DNA from: Camelus dromedarius
Lineage: Eukaryota
NCBI RefSeq assembly: GCF_036321535.1
Contig: NC_087436.1
Coordinates: 108,874,001 to 108,938,000 of the forward strand
DNA: 64,000 nucleotides
Direction: 5' to 3'
Part shown: piece by piece, positions 14,400 through 29,084 of the stretch
How positions within the stretch are numbered: the stretch's first letter is position 1
Layout: each line of letters opens with the position of its first letter
Notes under the pieces: model-generated
Database searches by the model: none
Seen by the model: only the letters and a program-made list of their open reading frames with translations
Told to the model about the DNA's origin: nothing
Program-made: the position numbers and the translations under genes

Positions 14400-14798
14400 G
14401 AGAACTGTCTCAGAGGCTTCTTTGAGAGATGCTCCAAATGCCTGTGCTCTTGTCTTCTTCCTGGGTGCATGAGACATCTCTTGTGGTTTGGGGTAGACAT
14501 GTTAAGTGATTTCTAACCAATGAAATGAGAGTGGAAAGGATGTGTACCACCTTAAGATTTGGTCCATAGATAACTCCTGTGCTCACTCCTCAATGATCTT
14601 TTTCTCCTTTGGATGAAATGGTCACATAGACAACACATGGCAATGGCTAATCTCTCATTAGCCTCCATCCCTTGATAACTCTGATCTGTACACCCACTCA
14701 AGGCTGTTGGATGAACAAGAAATATACTAAATTCTTTTAAATTTGTTACATATTTAGGAGCTTGTTTGTTCCAGCACAAGAGTTAACCTAACTAACAC
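14400..14798 (+). mobile_element. Old MLT1 (MLT1J-like) LTR
   Basis: ttctaaccaatgaaatgagagtggaa ... ttgtttgttccagca ... cctaactaacaca. Confidence 0.6.
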
Positions 14799-15799
14799 AG
14801 CCACGTTGACTGACATACACTTAGCTGTATGCACAGCCTGCTCAAAGGCATTCTTGATGGAGAGGTGGAGATAACACTTTAGTGCAGAAATGACTCCACA
14901 AAACTGGTGAGGGGAGTTAGAGAATAGGCCATTGGTACCGTTTTGTAAATCACTAGAGTCCTAAAAGATTTTATTTTTATTTTGTTTACCTGAAGGTAGT
15001 GAAATGCATTGCTTTCCCATAAGAACTCCAGAATAAATAAAAGATCACCACTCTCTGGATTGTTACTTTTATCATCTTTTATCTTGTTTTTGACCTTTCT
15101 TCTTCTGTTTGGATGTAGGCCCCACGAGGGTGAGATATTTAACTTGTTTATTGCTGCTGCCCTGGTTCCGAGAAAAGTTCTTAGAATCATCAGCATACAT
15201 TATACATTGGCTAAAGATGTAAGTTAATATAATAATATAAGCTGGATACAGATAAATTCACTTGGTGAGACTTACAGCTCTAAAACTTGACCAGGAGTTC
15301 TCAGTTGGCAGAGAAAGAATTTCATCTGACACACTCGTGTGATTGCACATACAGCAAACACACATGAGACCGTCAGTTTCCGAATTTCATTTTGCATTAG
15401 AATATGTATCTATCAGATGCACCTAGAGACGAGAGACGGCTGACAAGTTTACTGAGTGCACCTGTCCCTTCAGTTCCCATCTCTGTCTCTTGCTGGAGTC
15501 ATTTTAACTCCAAGGCAGGTTTCCAGCTCTGACCGGCACAGATTCACCACCTGATGACAGAGAGCCATCTATTTGCTCTCATCTTACTATCCCCAGCAGA
15601 TGGCTCAGAGATAAATAGCTAATAAGTCACAATTTCCACGTGTGAGAGGGTCCAGCTACAAAGTGCTTATTTGCTCTTAAAATTGCTCCTTTTGCTGCTG
15701 ACCTATGGTGTCATTTCATTCACACTTTTGCGTGATTAGCTATCGAATTCCATCTTCTTTCCTTTTGGAGCTTTAGCTGTTGCTTGTTCATGTGTTTAC

Positions 15800-16279
15800 G
15801 TATTAGTCAGGATTCTCCAGTGAAGCGAAACTAATAGATGTGTATATATATACACAGACAGTGATTTAATTTAAGCAGTTGGCTCACATGATTGTGAAGG
15901 CTTAGCCAGTCCCAAATCTGATGGTGGAGGGAGACAGACTGAAGAACTCAGGAAGGAATTGAAGTTCAAGTCCAAATTTAGTCAGTAGATGCAACTTGTA
16001 GAACTAAGAAGAACAGATGTTACTGATCAGCCCCAAAGGCACTGTGCTGGAGAATTCCCTTTTGCTCTGGGGAGATTAATCTTTTGTTCTAGTTAGATCT
16101 TCAACTGATTGGATGAGGCCCACCCATGTTATGGAGAACAATCTGTTTTACTCAAAATCTACCAAATTTAAATGCAAATCTCATTTTAAAACACCCTCAT
16201 AGAAAGATCCAGAATAATATTTAACCAAATAATTGGGCATCATGGCCCAGACAAGTTGACATATAAAATTAATCATCAT
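15800..16279 (-). mobile_element. MLT2 (ERVL) solo LTR
   Basis: gtattagtcaggattctccag ... tcaactgattggatgaggcccaccca ... caagttgacatataaaattaatcatca. Confidence 0.85.
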
Positions 16280-17980
16280 AATTTGCTTGCTTGCTTGCTT
16301 TTTTTTTTTTTCCTAATTTGTTTTTGGCTATGTTTTCTTTCTTCCAATCCTCTTGGGAGCTTGGGGTCATTCAATCCAAAACCTTGTGATGATCTGGAAA
16401 GTTCCAAGATCACATTCCAGCTCTCCCACTGGATAGCTGAGTAACAAGACAACTTACCATTGAACCTTCAGTTCTTCTTCATTGAATGGAAATGCCATAA
16501 GTCATAGATTTATTATAATAATCAAATGAGAAAAATATACATTGGCAAGCTCTGTAAAACACAAGTTCACATTGGAACTATTATTTGAAATTGTGTTTTT
16601 ATATCAAAGATACTACCTTTCAAACCAACAAAGGAGAATATAGAAAATTCCTCATTTGAAGCACATTACAGTTGTAAGTAACTGGTTCCTGGGAATAAAG
16701 AAAGATCAAATCAGTTTATCAAATTTCCTCATGAAGGGACAGTGATTTTAAGAGTTAAGAAAAGCTTCAAAGACCACAAATGATTTTTGAAGATCCCAGG
16801 AACAGTGTCAAATTTAAAGTGTACAAAGTATTCATGTCTAAAGTCAGGGGAGTTAGCACACCCCTCATTCTCCCCCAGTGAATCCTGGAGATGCTGGGTA
16901 GAATGGGAGTCCTGTGACAACTGAGGCATGGGGGCGCAGGGGAGATGGGCCTGGTCACGAGAAGCTGCTCAGAAGGACCAGATAGGGCTAGCTCATCACT
17001 TCCCCACTCTTGACGTACAGTTAACATCCCACATGTGGTTTGATGTTGGGTGACTTTGTGATGGTCTGTTTCCGCTGCTCCAGCGGTCTCTCTGCTTCAG
17101 ATTCCTGACCAGACTGTTCTCCCAGCTCCAAAGAGGGGAGGCATTTTCGCCCTCACCTCGGTCTCAAGTCCACTTGCTGAGTCCTCTTTCCGGCACCAAG
17201 GCAGACCTTTTCTAACATTTTAGGTTTCAGTTCCTTTTATAGAAAATATCCAGTCTCAGAGGGGAGCCCTTGCCCTCTGGTCCCACCATGTCAGAAGTCC
17301 AACATGAGTAGAGTTCCCAAGATCAGCATCCATCAGCCTTAAGTAACTCCACCCATGGGGCAAAGGTGAGAATTCATTATGTCCAGGCCTGTTTCTTTTC
17401 AAAGTCTCCACTCCAGAAATTCAGAAAATCTGGGGATCCTGTCTCACTCAATGTCGCTTATTACTGGCCGTGTTATTGAGTATTCCTGGACAATCTGTTA
17501 TCAGAAATTAGTGCCTATTCCTGCTTGAAACTTCTTGGGCCACCTTAGACCCAAATGGAGCACAGCATTTTCCCCTTGAACAAAAGATAATGTGGGTCTA
17601 GCACATCTCCAGAGAACACAGCATTAAGATCCAGCAAAGACCGTATCACAAGCATCTTGCAATGTCCTTGTGGTGTGAAAAACAAAGTAATTTCCTCATA
17701 CTTCATTGGCAACATGCATGCGTGTTCTTAAAAGCAGGAGTGTGTCTTTAATGTGTCAGACCAGCTTTGATATCGATAATATGCAGAGGTTTTTACATCA
17801 ACATTTTTTTTTCATTCTGTAAGAACTGGAACAAAGAGACGTTTATCGCGTGATTTTATTCTTTTTGTGGTAATGGTAACTTGGTGCAGCTTTGCATGGT
17901 AGACAGTTCTATTTCAAAATGTGCAAAAAAATCAGATTTATGAACACTTTGCTCATAGTGCTTCTCTGTGCTTTCTCTAG

Positions 17981-18050
17981 GAATGCCCCAGCGGTGTTGT
18001 TAATGAAGAGACCTTCAAAGAGATTTACTCGCAGTTCTTCCCGCAGGGAG
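17981..18050 (+). CDS. KCNIP4: KCNIP4 coding exon ([23 protein letters not shown]), degenerate EF-hand 1
   Basis: Acceptor ctttctctag|GAA and donor GGAG|gtaagt; 70 nt. Translation matches the KChIP4 core as I recall it, including the CPSG motif of the NCS family. Upstream exons are outside the window. Confidence 0.97.
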
Positions 18051-19129
18051 GTAAGTACCAGTGGGGACCAGTGAACGTGCTCTCGGTTAGAATTATGCTT
18101 CCAGTCGAGTTTGGTTTAATCTTTCATGGCGTGGCTCTCGATTTTTCATCTTTATGTAAAATAATGAATACACAGCTTGCAAGTGCATATGATTTCCAAT
18201 ACATCATAAAAGCGATCTACTTACAAATTATCAAATATCCTAGAGTTCACTCTTCAGTTTAATGCAAGTAGTATTCTTGTGTGACTGGTACTACATCTCT
18301 CAGATGCACAGCGCTCTCTGACTCTGATGGTCCTGAATGTGCCACAGAGCTTTCGCCTGCATTTTAGGTCTCATTCTCCTGACTCTCAAAATTAGGACAA
18401 ATGTAATTATCCTCAATGTTCAGATGTGAAATCTGGGGCTTAGAGAAGCTAAGTGTTTTGCTCAGGGTCACACATCCACTAAGTGGCAGATCTAGGTTAG
18501 AGCCCAGATTTTTTTCTGTAGCTTCATCTAGTGTTCACTCTGCTGGTCCTCTCTCTTTCAGTAACTCTTTACTATCACCCCTCTCCCTGCATCTAAGAAA
18601 ATGAGTACCACTCTAGACATCATTTTAACCAAAAAGAAAACAAGGAGAACATAGTGATAACACAGACATGTTAGAGGTGAGTGAAGAGATGTGCTTGCCA
18701 CTGGACCTTAGAGGCTCTCCGTCAATCCCCTGACGGGATGCCCAGCTCAAACTTGTCCCACGACCTCCTGGGTGCCCAGCTATGTGTTAGGTGCTGATGA
18801 TGTAGGAAGAATGAGATGTGGTACCTGCTCAAAAGAATGCTAGTGTCTAATGTAGCAGGTGGACAATGTCAACATAAAGTGTAAGCATGAAGACAGGGGT
18901 TGAAAGAATAGTATTATGAGCCTGATGCAGGCACAACTAGACAGCTGAATGACAGGGAGGAAGTGAAAAAGAGTCTGCCCAGATAAATGGAACCTGAGCT
19001 GAAGTAGCTACCATCCACCAGGCGTCCACTACGCGCCTGGCCCTGCATGTGTTACCCATCACCTTTCAATAACCATAGCTCGGAATCTGCCTTTCTAATA
19101 AATGTGGACGCTAAGGTACAAAGACATTC

Positions 19130-19860
19130 ACCCATTTCCTCACCATCATCTTTCTACTTCTTTTCCACTTAAAAGAGCCCCCATCATCTCATTCCAAAAT
19201 ACTGCAATGGTCTCTAAACTAGTCTCTCTTGATTCTGACCCTTTTCCGCACTCTTCCCAGCCATGGTCCATTCTCAACATGAGCCGGAGTAATCCTGTAA
19301 AAATATAAGCCAGTTCATGTCACTTGCTCTGCTCAGAGGCTTCTATCCCATCAGAGCATGAGCCACGACCTATATGACGGTCGTGACAAGGTGTGGTCTC
19401 TTGTCCTTCTCTGCCTCCTCCTACACTGTTCCTTCCCTCATCTCCTTGCAGCCGCCGTGGCCCCTTGCCCTTCCTCCAACACACCATTCCTGTTGCCACC
19501 TCTGGTCCTTTGAACTTGTCATTCCCTCTGCCTGGATTTTCTTCTCCCAATTACCCATCCCAATATCTCAGCACCTCTGTTTTATTCAAAGGCCGCCTTC
19601 TCCATGAGGCTTTCTCTGGCCACCCTGTCTTAAACAGCAGCTTCTTAAACGTTCCCCGTGTGTTTTATATTTCTCTCCAGCACTCAAGAACATCTAAGAA
19701 TATATATTTGACTTTATTTTTGTAGTTGCTTCCTGTCTCTTTTCCCATCAGAACGTCACCTCCAAGGGAACATAAGGTTTTGTCTGTTCTGTTCACAGCT
19801 GTATCCGCAGGTCGTGGACTGGGGACTGACAAACAGTCACACTGGATAGATACTACTGCA
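19130..19860 (+). mobile_element. L2 LINE 3' fragment
   Basis: C/T-rich L2 motifs (catcatctc..., catgtcact.gctctgctcag, ggttttgtctgttctgttcacagctgtatcc). Confidence 0.65.
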
Positions 19861-22800
19861 TAAGTGAGGGAATGTGTGCCGAGTGACGGCCACTGCAAGA
19901 TGGAATAATGCCTAGGAAAGGCATTTTGAATGTATACGACATTTAAATATTGTTTCATATAAAAATTAGATTCTCTTTTGGTTTTAGATTTGTCAGTAGG
20001 TTGAAGACAGTTTCATGCTTGGATTATTGAAAGAGAAAATTCACTTACCAGGGCCTTTTCAAAGCCTTAGATTAGGATTCTGAGAAAACACAGGGTGACC
20101 CATTATTGCATGAATTTGGATATATCACGGCTGACAACCCCCCCCCCACATCTCATTACTAACAGCCCCGCAGACAGATATTGGTCATAGGACCTGAAGC
20201 CAGGATTGTAATGGGTCCATTGTCTGCATTAATAGAGAATTTAGAATGTCAGTTGATTAACACATATTTCGAAATTATTTTAAAAAACACAGAATTTTTA
20301 AAATGGTATTTACTATAAACTAAATGTCTGCCAACCCACTGATAGGCATTAATATCAAAGCACTTAGCACAAATGGAAATCTTTTAGTTATTTTTTGATG
20401 AGCTCAAATGAAATGAAAGTCATTACATGCTACAAATTGGATACAACTCCACATTAAAATTTTATCTTTATTTGAAAAATAACGTGTCAACATTAGAGAA
20501 CATCCACTGAGGCGCAGTCCTTTGCAAAGGATTCTTGTTACAAAGTCCAAAGGGATTTGAAGAAAAATCACTTTTGCACCCTTAAAAAGTCTTTGATTAT
20601 TCATGTTAATTGAATGCATCAATCTAAAAGCACCCGGCATCACTGAAGGAAATGAAATATTTTAAAGAATGATGACTTGCAATTTTAAAAATTAATATCC
20701 TGCATGCAAATTGTATCTTGCAGCGCTGCTAGAAAAGACAAAATGTCCCAAGGAAGAGCACGGTCTGGGACGGCAGGCAGACCCGTGTGAGGGCCGTCCT
20801 CAGGCTTCTGTGGAGTCATTTATTTAGGCTGATGGTGTGAAAGCAACAGATTTCTCTCGTTATGAGTCATAACAATGATGGGTCCATAAATCACAATGTC
20901 TCACCATTTCCTCCAGAAAGACGCTTTGTCTCAGCGCCGGGCTCTCCTGCAGTTTGCACCGTCAGGCTCTTTAGTTTTCCCCGCTGCTTAGCGAGATGGT
21001 TTCCCAAGCACAGCTTGTTCGGTGTTCGGGACGCCAGCACAGCTGGACTGAGCAGAAGCTTCCTGTCTGGCGGGGATGAAGCGCACCCTGTTATAAAACA
21101 AGGCAGGAGGAAATGCGCCTTACCTGTATCATTACAGCCACGCTCTTCAAAGCCACGTTCAGGGGAAGCCTTAGCGTAGACGCACTTAGCTCACTAGGCA
21201 TTTAAAGCTCATGACAATTGCAGTTCCCTGGGCTACTCATGCTTGTGTTGTAGGAATTTTGCACTTACTTTGACTCTACAAGGCACCTGATACAGCTATT
21301 GAAGGAATGAATGAATGAGCTTCAGTCTGAAGAATCTAGGTCAACAAATATTAATTGAACAGCTACTGAGTGCAAGGCATTTGAGGCTCTTAGATGAGCT
21401 CTGTGGAAATGATGGTTTACATTTTTTTTTTTTCCCAAGTAACTCTGTTCACTGAATGTCCTTCTCATCCTCAGACAACATTTTCAGGGTGATTTATAGA
21501 GGACACACTGAACAGAAACTACTACTCATGTACATGGCCCGTCTTACTGTAGCAACAGTGCCACGAATTGTACACTCAGATGCATTAAGCTAATTCTGTA
21601 CCTCGTGCTTGAATTCAAGTGAGAGTAGGGGATCCGTGGTGGGAAGAAAGAAATCAACCACATTGATTTCAGTCCACACACTTGGAACATGATAATCAAG
21701 TATATTTGTTCAAATATTCTGAAATGTATGTGTATCAATGGGCTTTTAAACCAAGGGGTTAGTTGGTATCATCACTGTGGTCTGGAAATAATTGGGTTAA
21801 GGACACTGGACTGAGTCAGGAGCCCTGACTTTATGGATAGACTCTGCCACCACCAAGGTCTGTGACTCAAATGGTTTATTTCTCTGGGCCTCAGGTTGTT
21901 CCTTTGTAAAATGTGGAACAAAAGAATTCTCACGTTTTCTTTCTAGTGTAACATCCTTTATTTCTGAGAGTTAATGTTAGAATGTCTTCATTTCATTCAC
22001 TACCCTACCAGTAACTAACTAGGTGACCTTGGCTGTGTCATTAACAGTACCTACATCCATTTTCCACCTTTCTTAAATGTATAAGTAAATAGCTAAATGG
22101 TATCCAAGATCCTTTCTTATCCTAAGACTCTATAAATTTTGTCCCCCAAATGTAAAATTTCAACATTTAATTTTCAGCTTCACAAGTAAAATGATAAAAA
22201 ACTGAAAAAAAAAAATCATGTGCAACTCAGCAACTATTTTTGTTATATGTATGGAATTGTGGTCAAAGAAGACTGTCAGGTCATATGGGGAGAAAAGTCA
22301 TTGCTATGTCATTTGTGCCCTGAACTGTACTGAAATCTAGAATCCAGGATGTCAGTTATTCATCCTTCTCACAAATATTTACTGAGTAAGAGGAGCGCAG
22401 TCAGATGAAATCAGACCATAGACATTTGTGTGGGCGGTTTCCCGTCCCCTCGTTCACCTCTGTGCCCAGTCGGGCGCTTCCAGTGCCTTAGCTCCCTCCT
22501 CTCCCCCCAGCAAAGCTAGCAGCATCATTCCCCTTCTTTAAAACGCTTTTACTGTCTCCAAATCCAAACTCCATCAGAACCTCGATGCCACTTGTGCCAT
22601 AATTATACCAGTCTTCACTAGGCCAGAAGTGCCATTAAATCAGAACTTCAGTCACTTAGATACACAATAGAAGTTTTACACAAAACTGAAACATTTTCAG
22701 GTGAAATATATTAAGTCTGTGAAAAATTCAGTCCCATTTCTTTAAGGTGGTTGAGATAAGAGTGGCTTGTCTCTGAAAGAATCGTAATGATAGTTAATTT

Positions 22801-25239
22801 AGTGAACATCTGGGGTGTGCCTAGGACTATTCAAGGAACTTTATATAAATTAGCTCATTTAATCTCTTTATGGTGACTCTATGAAATACGTATTCTCATC
22901 GTTTTGTAGATGGGGACATTGAGTCACAGGGAGGTGACCCAGCTTGCCCAAGGTCACACAGTTAGTGTTTGGTGGAGCTGAGACTCAAATTCAGGCGGTC
23001 TGACTCCACCGCACTGTTAGCAGCCTCTCTCTGGCGGGTACATCTAGGCTGGAAAACTGACTTCACGGTCCAGGGAAACTGCCGAGGTACAACTTAAAGA
23101 GGAACGAGAAGTCCTCAGTGCCGTATTCGGGCAAATCTTGAGAGTGTGCGTCCCGAGTGTCAAGCTTGAGAGCAGCCCCGCCTGAGAAGAATGGTAATTA
23201 TTGTATGCCCACGTTATCCTGTGTTTTCAGTTTTTAAAAATTTGTCAACATCATTTGTTCTGAGCCATCACTCGTGGTGAGTTCTGCTTGCTAAGGTAAA
23301 GGCACTTACCCTGCTTGTATAAATAAAGTAACAAGGGGCCTGCTTAATGAAGCTTGTTTTAAAATAAGCAAAGTCCTTTTATTTTTCTCCCCCGAAAATA
23401 AGTTCAACATGCCATCTGTCAACTCATTTCTTCCTAGGGCACTAAGCAGTTCAAGAAGTCTGTGTTAAAGTACTGTTGAGAGCAAACCAACTTTGTAAAT
23501 AAAAAAATAGGCTGACAGTTCTTGATAATTCTATCATGGAACTTCCCAACAACCGCAGTAAGTGGATCGCAATTAAAATCCTGGTTCCATCCTTCAGAGG
23601 GCTACGCAACCCACAACACTAGATGGACATCCACTCTGCATGCGATGTTTTTACATATTATTTGGGCCCAACTGTGGTGCCCGTTTGGTTCATTGACAAC
23701 AATGATATTAATTCATACGTTTTAAAAATAAGTTGGTTCCTCATAGCATATTTAAAGGTAAGAGGTGAAAGAAAACGCTACCGCCATTTTGAAAAACTGA
23801 GTGTACAGTTTACCCCGTGAAGCTTATAGCATCAATGGTGTTAACCATTGGGGTTCACCCCATGCAGGAGCAACCGTCCACACATAGGCCGCGGATGCTC
23901 GAGAGCTGGGAGAGAAGTTTGTATGACCTCTGACCTCCCTTATTTGGGGAGAGCAGTTCTCTACTCCCACTGCTATGACCTAGCTTCTTGACAGCCTTCA
24001 AAAAGGAATTCAAGAAGTAAAAGGCGAACAGAAGTTTTGTTAAATCCCAGTAAAAACAAAGGTTAAAAGTTATAAAATAGAAACAGGCGAGATTTTAAAC
24101 AGAAGATAAAAGTCTGGAGCCAATAAATGAAAAGGTTACAATTCTTTTCAATATAAAAAAGGTTAAGGTAAAAGGCTAAAACCCGTGAGATGAAACATTT
24201 AAAATAATCAAATTTGCTCAAGGGTCAAGCAAAGGAGCTCTTAAAAATTAAAACCACGCGGTAAGAAAACAATAAGAACAAATATATGCTTTTGAACTAA
24301 AGGGCAGAAAGCTCAGAGATTAGGGAGACAAAGGAGAAAAAAGAAAAGAGGAAGGAAAGAAAAATTAGAGGGAAACTGAAGCAAACTCAGAGGAAGTGTA
24401 GGACTTCAGGGAGCTTCAGTGGCATTAGGCAGGACCGTGAGCTGTGGAACAAGAGTGCTGTCCAAAACCGCCCCATTGCTCAGAGACTTGAATCCCACCC
24501 AGGACCCAGGCAAAGCACGACTTCCCCGCTACTTGCAACTAGGAAACTTTAGGACTACACAGTCCTCTACTAACATGGCCTCAGAAACTTGCCAAGTCAC
24601 CCACCTCTGGCCCCATTTCATCAGACAATCCTACTGGCTATGGGCTAACCTGCCTTTTTGGTCAGGAAGACCCAAGTTTTGTCCCACTCTACCCCTTATG
24701 GACTGTGTGATTTTAGGCGAGTTTCTCAACCTCTCTGAGTCCCAATATCCTTATCTGAGTTGCAAAAGTAATGAACAAATTAATAATAATACCACCAATA
24801 AAGCTAATAATAGCAATACCAATAATAGCAATTTATCAGTATTGCATTATTCATATTTTTATTATTTTCTTTCTCCTAGAGATAGTCCCTGCAAAGTACC
24901 AAGCAATTTCCAGATGTGTGTCCCTTAATCCCCACACCCACCTATAGTAACATTGCTCATCCCTGTGTCAGTAACAGCACCCAAGACTCCCACGTGTTCA
25001 GAGCATTTCCAGCTAGACTCAGCGAATAGCTGTCACCAGTGGCCTCTGTAGGCAGCTCACACCTGTGACCCTCAGGTGACAGTCCCCTGCTGAGAGCAGG
25101 TGGGCAGCGGGGAGGAAAGCACAAGTCAGGGGAGACAGAGTGCCTTTCCCTGGGTAGAAAGAGGCTTGGACATGCTATACACGTCTTCTGTAGGATGTTG
25201 AAATGCTAACCTACCATTATTTCCTTTTCAACATTTCAG

Positions 25240-25310
25240 ACTCTACAACATACGCACATTTTCTGTTCAATGCATTTGATACGGACCACAATGGAGCTGT
25301 GAGTTTTGAG
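25240..25310 (+). CDS. KCNIP4: KCNIP4 coding exon ([24 protein letters not shown]), EF-hand 2
   Basis: tttcag|AC ... GAG|gtaagt; 71 nt; phase-1 join with the previous exon gives GAC (Asp). Confidence 0.97.
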
Positions 25311-25377
25311 GTAAGTCTTAGCCTTTTTTTTTTTTAAATATGCTTTGATTTTAGACATGCTGAAAGGGATTTAGCAC

Positions 25378-27944
25378 TTCGATTCTATAAATTAACTATT
25401 TTAGATACCTCATATAAGTGGAATAATCCAGAATTTGTCTTTTTGTGATGGCTTATTTCATTTAGCATAACATCCTCAAGGTTCATCCTTATCAAATATT
25501 GCAGAATTTGATTTTTTTAAGGCTGAAAAGCATCCCACTATATGTATATATCACATTTTCCTTACCCATTCATCTATTCACGAACATTCAGGTTGTTTTC
25601 ACATCTTGGCTATTGCAAATAGAGCTGCGATGAACAGGGGACGATTAATATCTCCTCGAGAGCCTGACTGCAATTCTTTTGGACAGATATCCTGATGTGG
25701 CATTGTTGGATCATATAATAGACCTATTTTTAATTTTTTGAAGAGCCTCTATATTGTTTTCCTTGGCGGTTGCACCATTTTACATTCTCACCAGCTGTGT
25801 GCAAGTGTTGCAATTTCTCTACATTCTCATTAACACTTGTTATCTTTTGTCTTTTTGAGAATAGCCATCCTGAAAATTGTGAGGCAGTATCTTCTTGTGG
25901 TTTTGATTTGCACTGACCTGATGATCAGTGATGCTGAGCATTTTTCATATACATTTTGGTTATTTGTATATCTTCTTCAAAGAAATGTCTCTTCAAGTCC
26001 TCAGCCCATTTTTTTTTTTATTAAGGTTGTTTTGGTTTTTTTAAAGTATTGAATTATAGGAGTTTCTTATATATATTTTGGAGATAACCTTTTATCAGAT
26101 ACACAGTTTCCAAATATTTTCTCCCATTCTATAGGTTCTTTTTACTGTGTCGATTGTTTCTTTTGCTGTACAGAAGCTTTTTGGTTGGTTGTAATTCCAC
26201 TTACTTTGATGTAATTCCGCTTGTTTATGTTTTTGTTATTGTTTTTGCTGTCAACGTTTTTGGTGTTGTATCTGTGAAATCTTTGCCAAGATTAATGTCA
26301 TGAAGTTTTTCCCCTGTTTACTTCTAGGAGTTTTATGGTTTCAGGCCTCATGTTTAAGTCTTTAACCCATTTTTAATTTATAATTGTGTATGTTATGATG
26401 CAGGGATCCGATTTCATTCTTTTGTGGTAGATAGGCAGTTTTCTCTTCCCCATTGTGTGTCTGTGGCACCCTTCTTGAAGACCAGTTGACTGTATATGCA
26501 TGGATATATTTCTGAACTCCCTATTCTAGTCTATTGGCGTATATGTCTCTTTATGCCAGTGCCACACTGTTTTGATTACTATAGCTTTGTAATATATTTT
26601 GAAATTTAATGCCTCCAACTTTGTTCTTTTTTCTCTAGGTTAATTTGGGTATTTGTAGTCTTTTGTGGTTCCACATGCATTGTAGAATTGTTTTTTTCTA
26701 CTTCTGTGAAGAATTCCATTGAGATTTTGATAGGAATTCCATTGAATCTGCAAATAGCTTTGGGTAGTATGGACGTTTTAACAATAGTAAGGTTTCCAGC
26801 CCATGAACTTTCCGCTTGTTTGTGTCTTCCTTAATCTTTTTATCAGTGTTTTCTAGTTTTATATAAGAAATTGTATGTACAAGTCTTTCACCTCCTAGTT
26901 AAGTTTATTCCTAAGTATATCATTCTGTTCTTTTTGGTGCTATTGCAACTGGGATTGCTTTTCTCATTTCCTTTTCAGATAGCTCATTGTTGGTGTAAAA
27001 ATGTGCACTGACTTTTGTATATTGATTTTGTGTCTTGCAACTTTGCTGAATTTGTTCATTAGTTCTAGGAGCCTTTGGGGGGAGTTGTTTTTTTTTTTAT
27101 TTTCTATATATAAGATGATGTCATTTGATTTATTTTACTTGTCTAATTTTTCTGTCTAAGACTTCCAGGACTATGATGAATGGAAGAGGCAAGAGTGGGC
27201 ATTCTTGTCTTGCTCCTAAAGTGAAAGAGGGAAAGCTTTCAGTTTTTGTCCAGTGAGCATGATGTTAGCTGTGACCTTTCATACATGGCCTTTATTATGC
27301 TGAGGTGCTTTCCTTCTATTCCTAGTCTGTTGACAGTATTTATCATGAAGGGATATTGAACTTTGTCATGTACTTTTTCTGCATCTTTTGAGATGATCAT
27401 GTGATTTGCATCCTTACTTCCATCAGTGTGGTATATCGCATTTCATCTGTTGATCCAGCTTTTCATCTTAGGGATACATTCACTTGGTCACGGCGTATGA
27501 TCCTCGTAACGTGCTGTTGGATTTGGTTTGCGAGTGTTTTATTGAGGACATTTGCATTTGTGTTTATCAGGAATATTGGCCTATAGTTTTCTTTTCTTGT
27601 GATGTCTTTGGCTGGCTTTGGCACCAGGGTAATGCTGGCCTCATCTGGAAGTATTCCTGCCTCTTCAATTTTTTGGAAGAGTTTGAAAAGGATAGTGTTA
27701 GTGTTAGTTCCTTAAACATTTGGCAGAATTCACCGGTGAAGCCATCGGGTGCTGGGATTTTCTTTGTTAGGAGTTTTTTGATGACTGATTCAATCTCCTT
27801 GTTATTGGTCTGTTCAGACTTCATATTTCTTCATGATTCAGTCTTGGTAAGTTGTGTGTATCTAGGAATTTATCTAATTTTTTTAGGTTATCCTAAAAAT
27901 TCTGTCTGTCTGTATCTATCTGTATATCTCTATATACATCATAT

Positions 27945-27984
<40 letters not shown>

Positions 27985-28380
27985 TTATCTAAAAATTTAT
28001 CTATATCTATCTGTTGGTACAGAATTTTTCCTAATAGTCTCTTATATTTTTGTGTCATCAGTTACAAGATCTCTTTCAGTTCTGATTTATTTCATTATTT
28101 GAGTCTTCTCTCTTTTTCTCTTAGTCTAGCTAAGGATTTGTTAGCTTTGTTTTATCTTTTCAAAACACTAACTTCTAGCTTCATTGATCTTTTCCTGTTG
28201 TTTTCCTATTCTCTGTTTTATTTCTGTGCTAGTCTTTATTATTCCCTTTCTTCTTCTAAGTTTTGTTTGTAATTTTTCTGTCTCTTTGAGGTGTGAAGCT
28301 ACACTGTTTATTTGAGATATTTCTTCATTTTAAGTGCAGACATTTATTATTATAGACTTCTCTTTCAGGACTGCTTGATA
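25378..28380 (-). mobile_element. 5'-truncated degenerate L1 (L1MA/MB-like), ~3 kb, starting ~70 bp after a KCNIP4 exon
   Basis: L1 3'-end motifs, plus ORF 27567..27824 (-) KEIESVIKKLLTKKIPAPDGFTGEF matching L1 ORF2p; many stops and frameshifts. Confidence 0.92.
27945..27984. repeat. (ATAG)10 microsatellite within L1
   Basis: Read directly. Confidence 0.95.
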
Positions 28381-29084
28381 ATTTTTGAGGAGGGAAAATG
28401 AAAAGCCTGAGTATGGTTCCTTTCCCTCATTGTATTGTCAAGAAGCTGCTTTTATCTTTCAAAAGATGTGCAAATTACAACACACATTTAGTTTGCTTTC
28501 TAGTTCTTCAAATCTGTTTATACAAGGAAATTACAGTTTCCCAACTTCAGAACAGCAATCCCAGAAGGCAAACAACTTAATTAATATTTACTGGCAGCTA
28601 CTGTGGGCCTGTTAGTGTGGTAGGCCCTGGAAATACCAAGCTAAGAAAGTAAAAACCCTGCCCTTGAAGGCCCAGGAAGTGAGAGAGACAAGAAATTAAA
28701 TATAATAAAATGCTATATTCACCACTCTGACAATTTTATAAGGAAATCCCTTTTCAAATTATGTCCTTTAAGTGATTTGCATTTAATTTTATTCGTAAAC
28801 TACTAAATATGAGCATCAATGGGAAAAAAGTGTCCTGAATATTCCTGTAGCTCAATATATTATTTATAATAAAATAACATTTTTAAAGTATTTTATATAC
28901 ATTATATTTATTTGCATGTTATATATTATTTTATATGCATTATATGTACTTTATTTATATTATATGGGTAGAATATATAACTCATCCATTTGCTTATATT
29001 CTGAATGGCAGTGCTTGGTTTCTATGGAATAGAATTGTCCATTATTTTACTCTGTAATTAATTCTGGTTTGTCTCATTAATATA

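Noticed and set aside
27401..27948. Cluster of ORFs up to 154 aa (similarly 40179-41050)
   Set aside because: Fragments of decayed L1 ORF2 or its antisense frames, not host genes.
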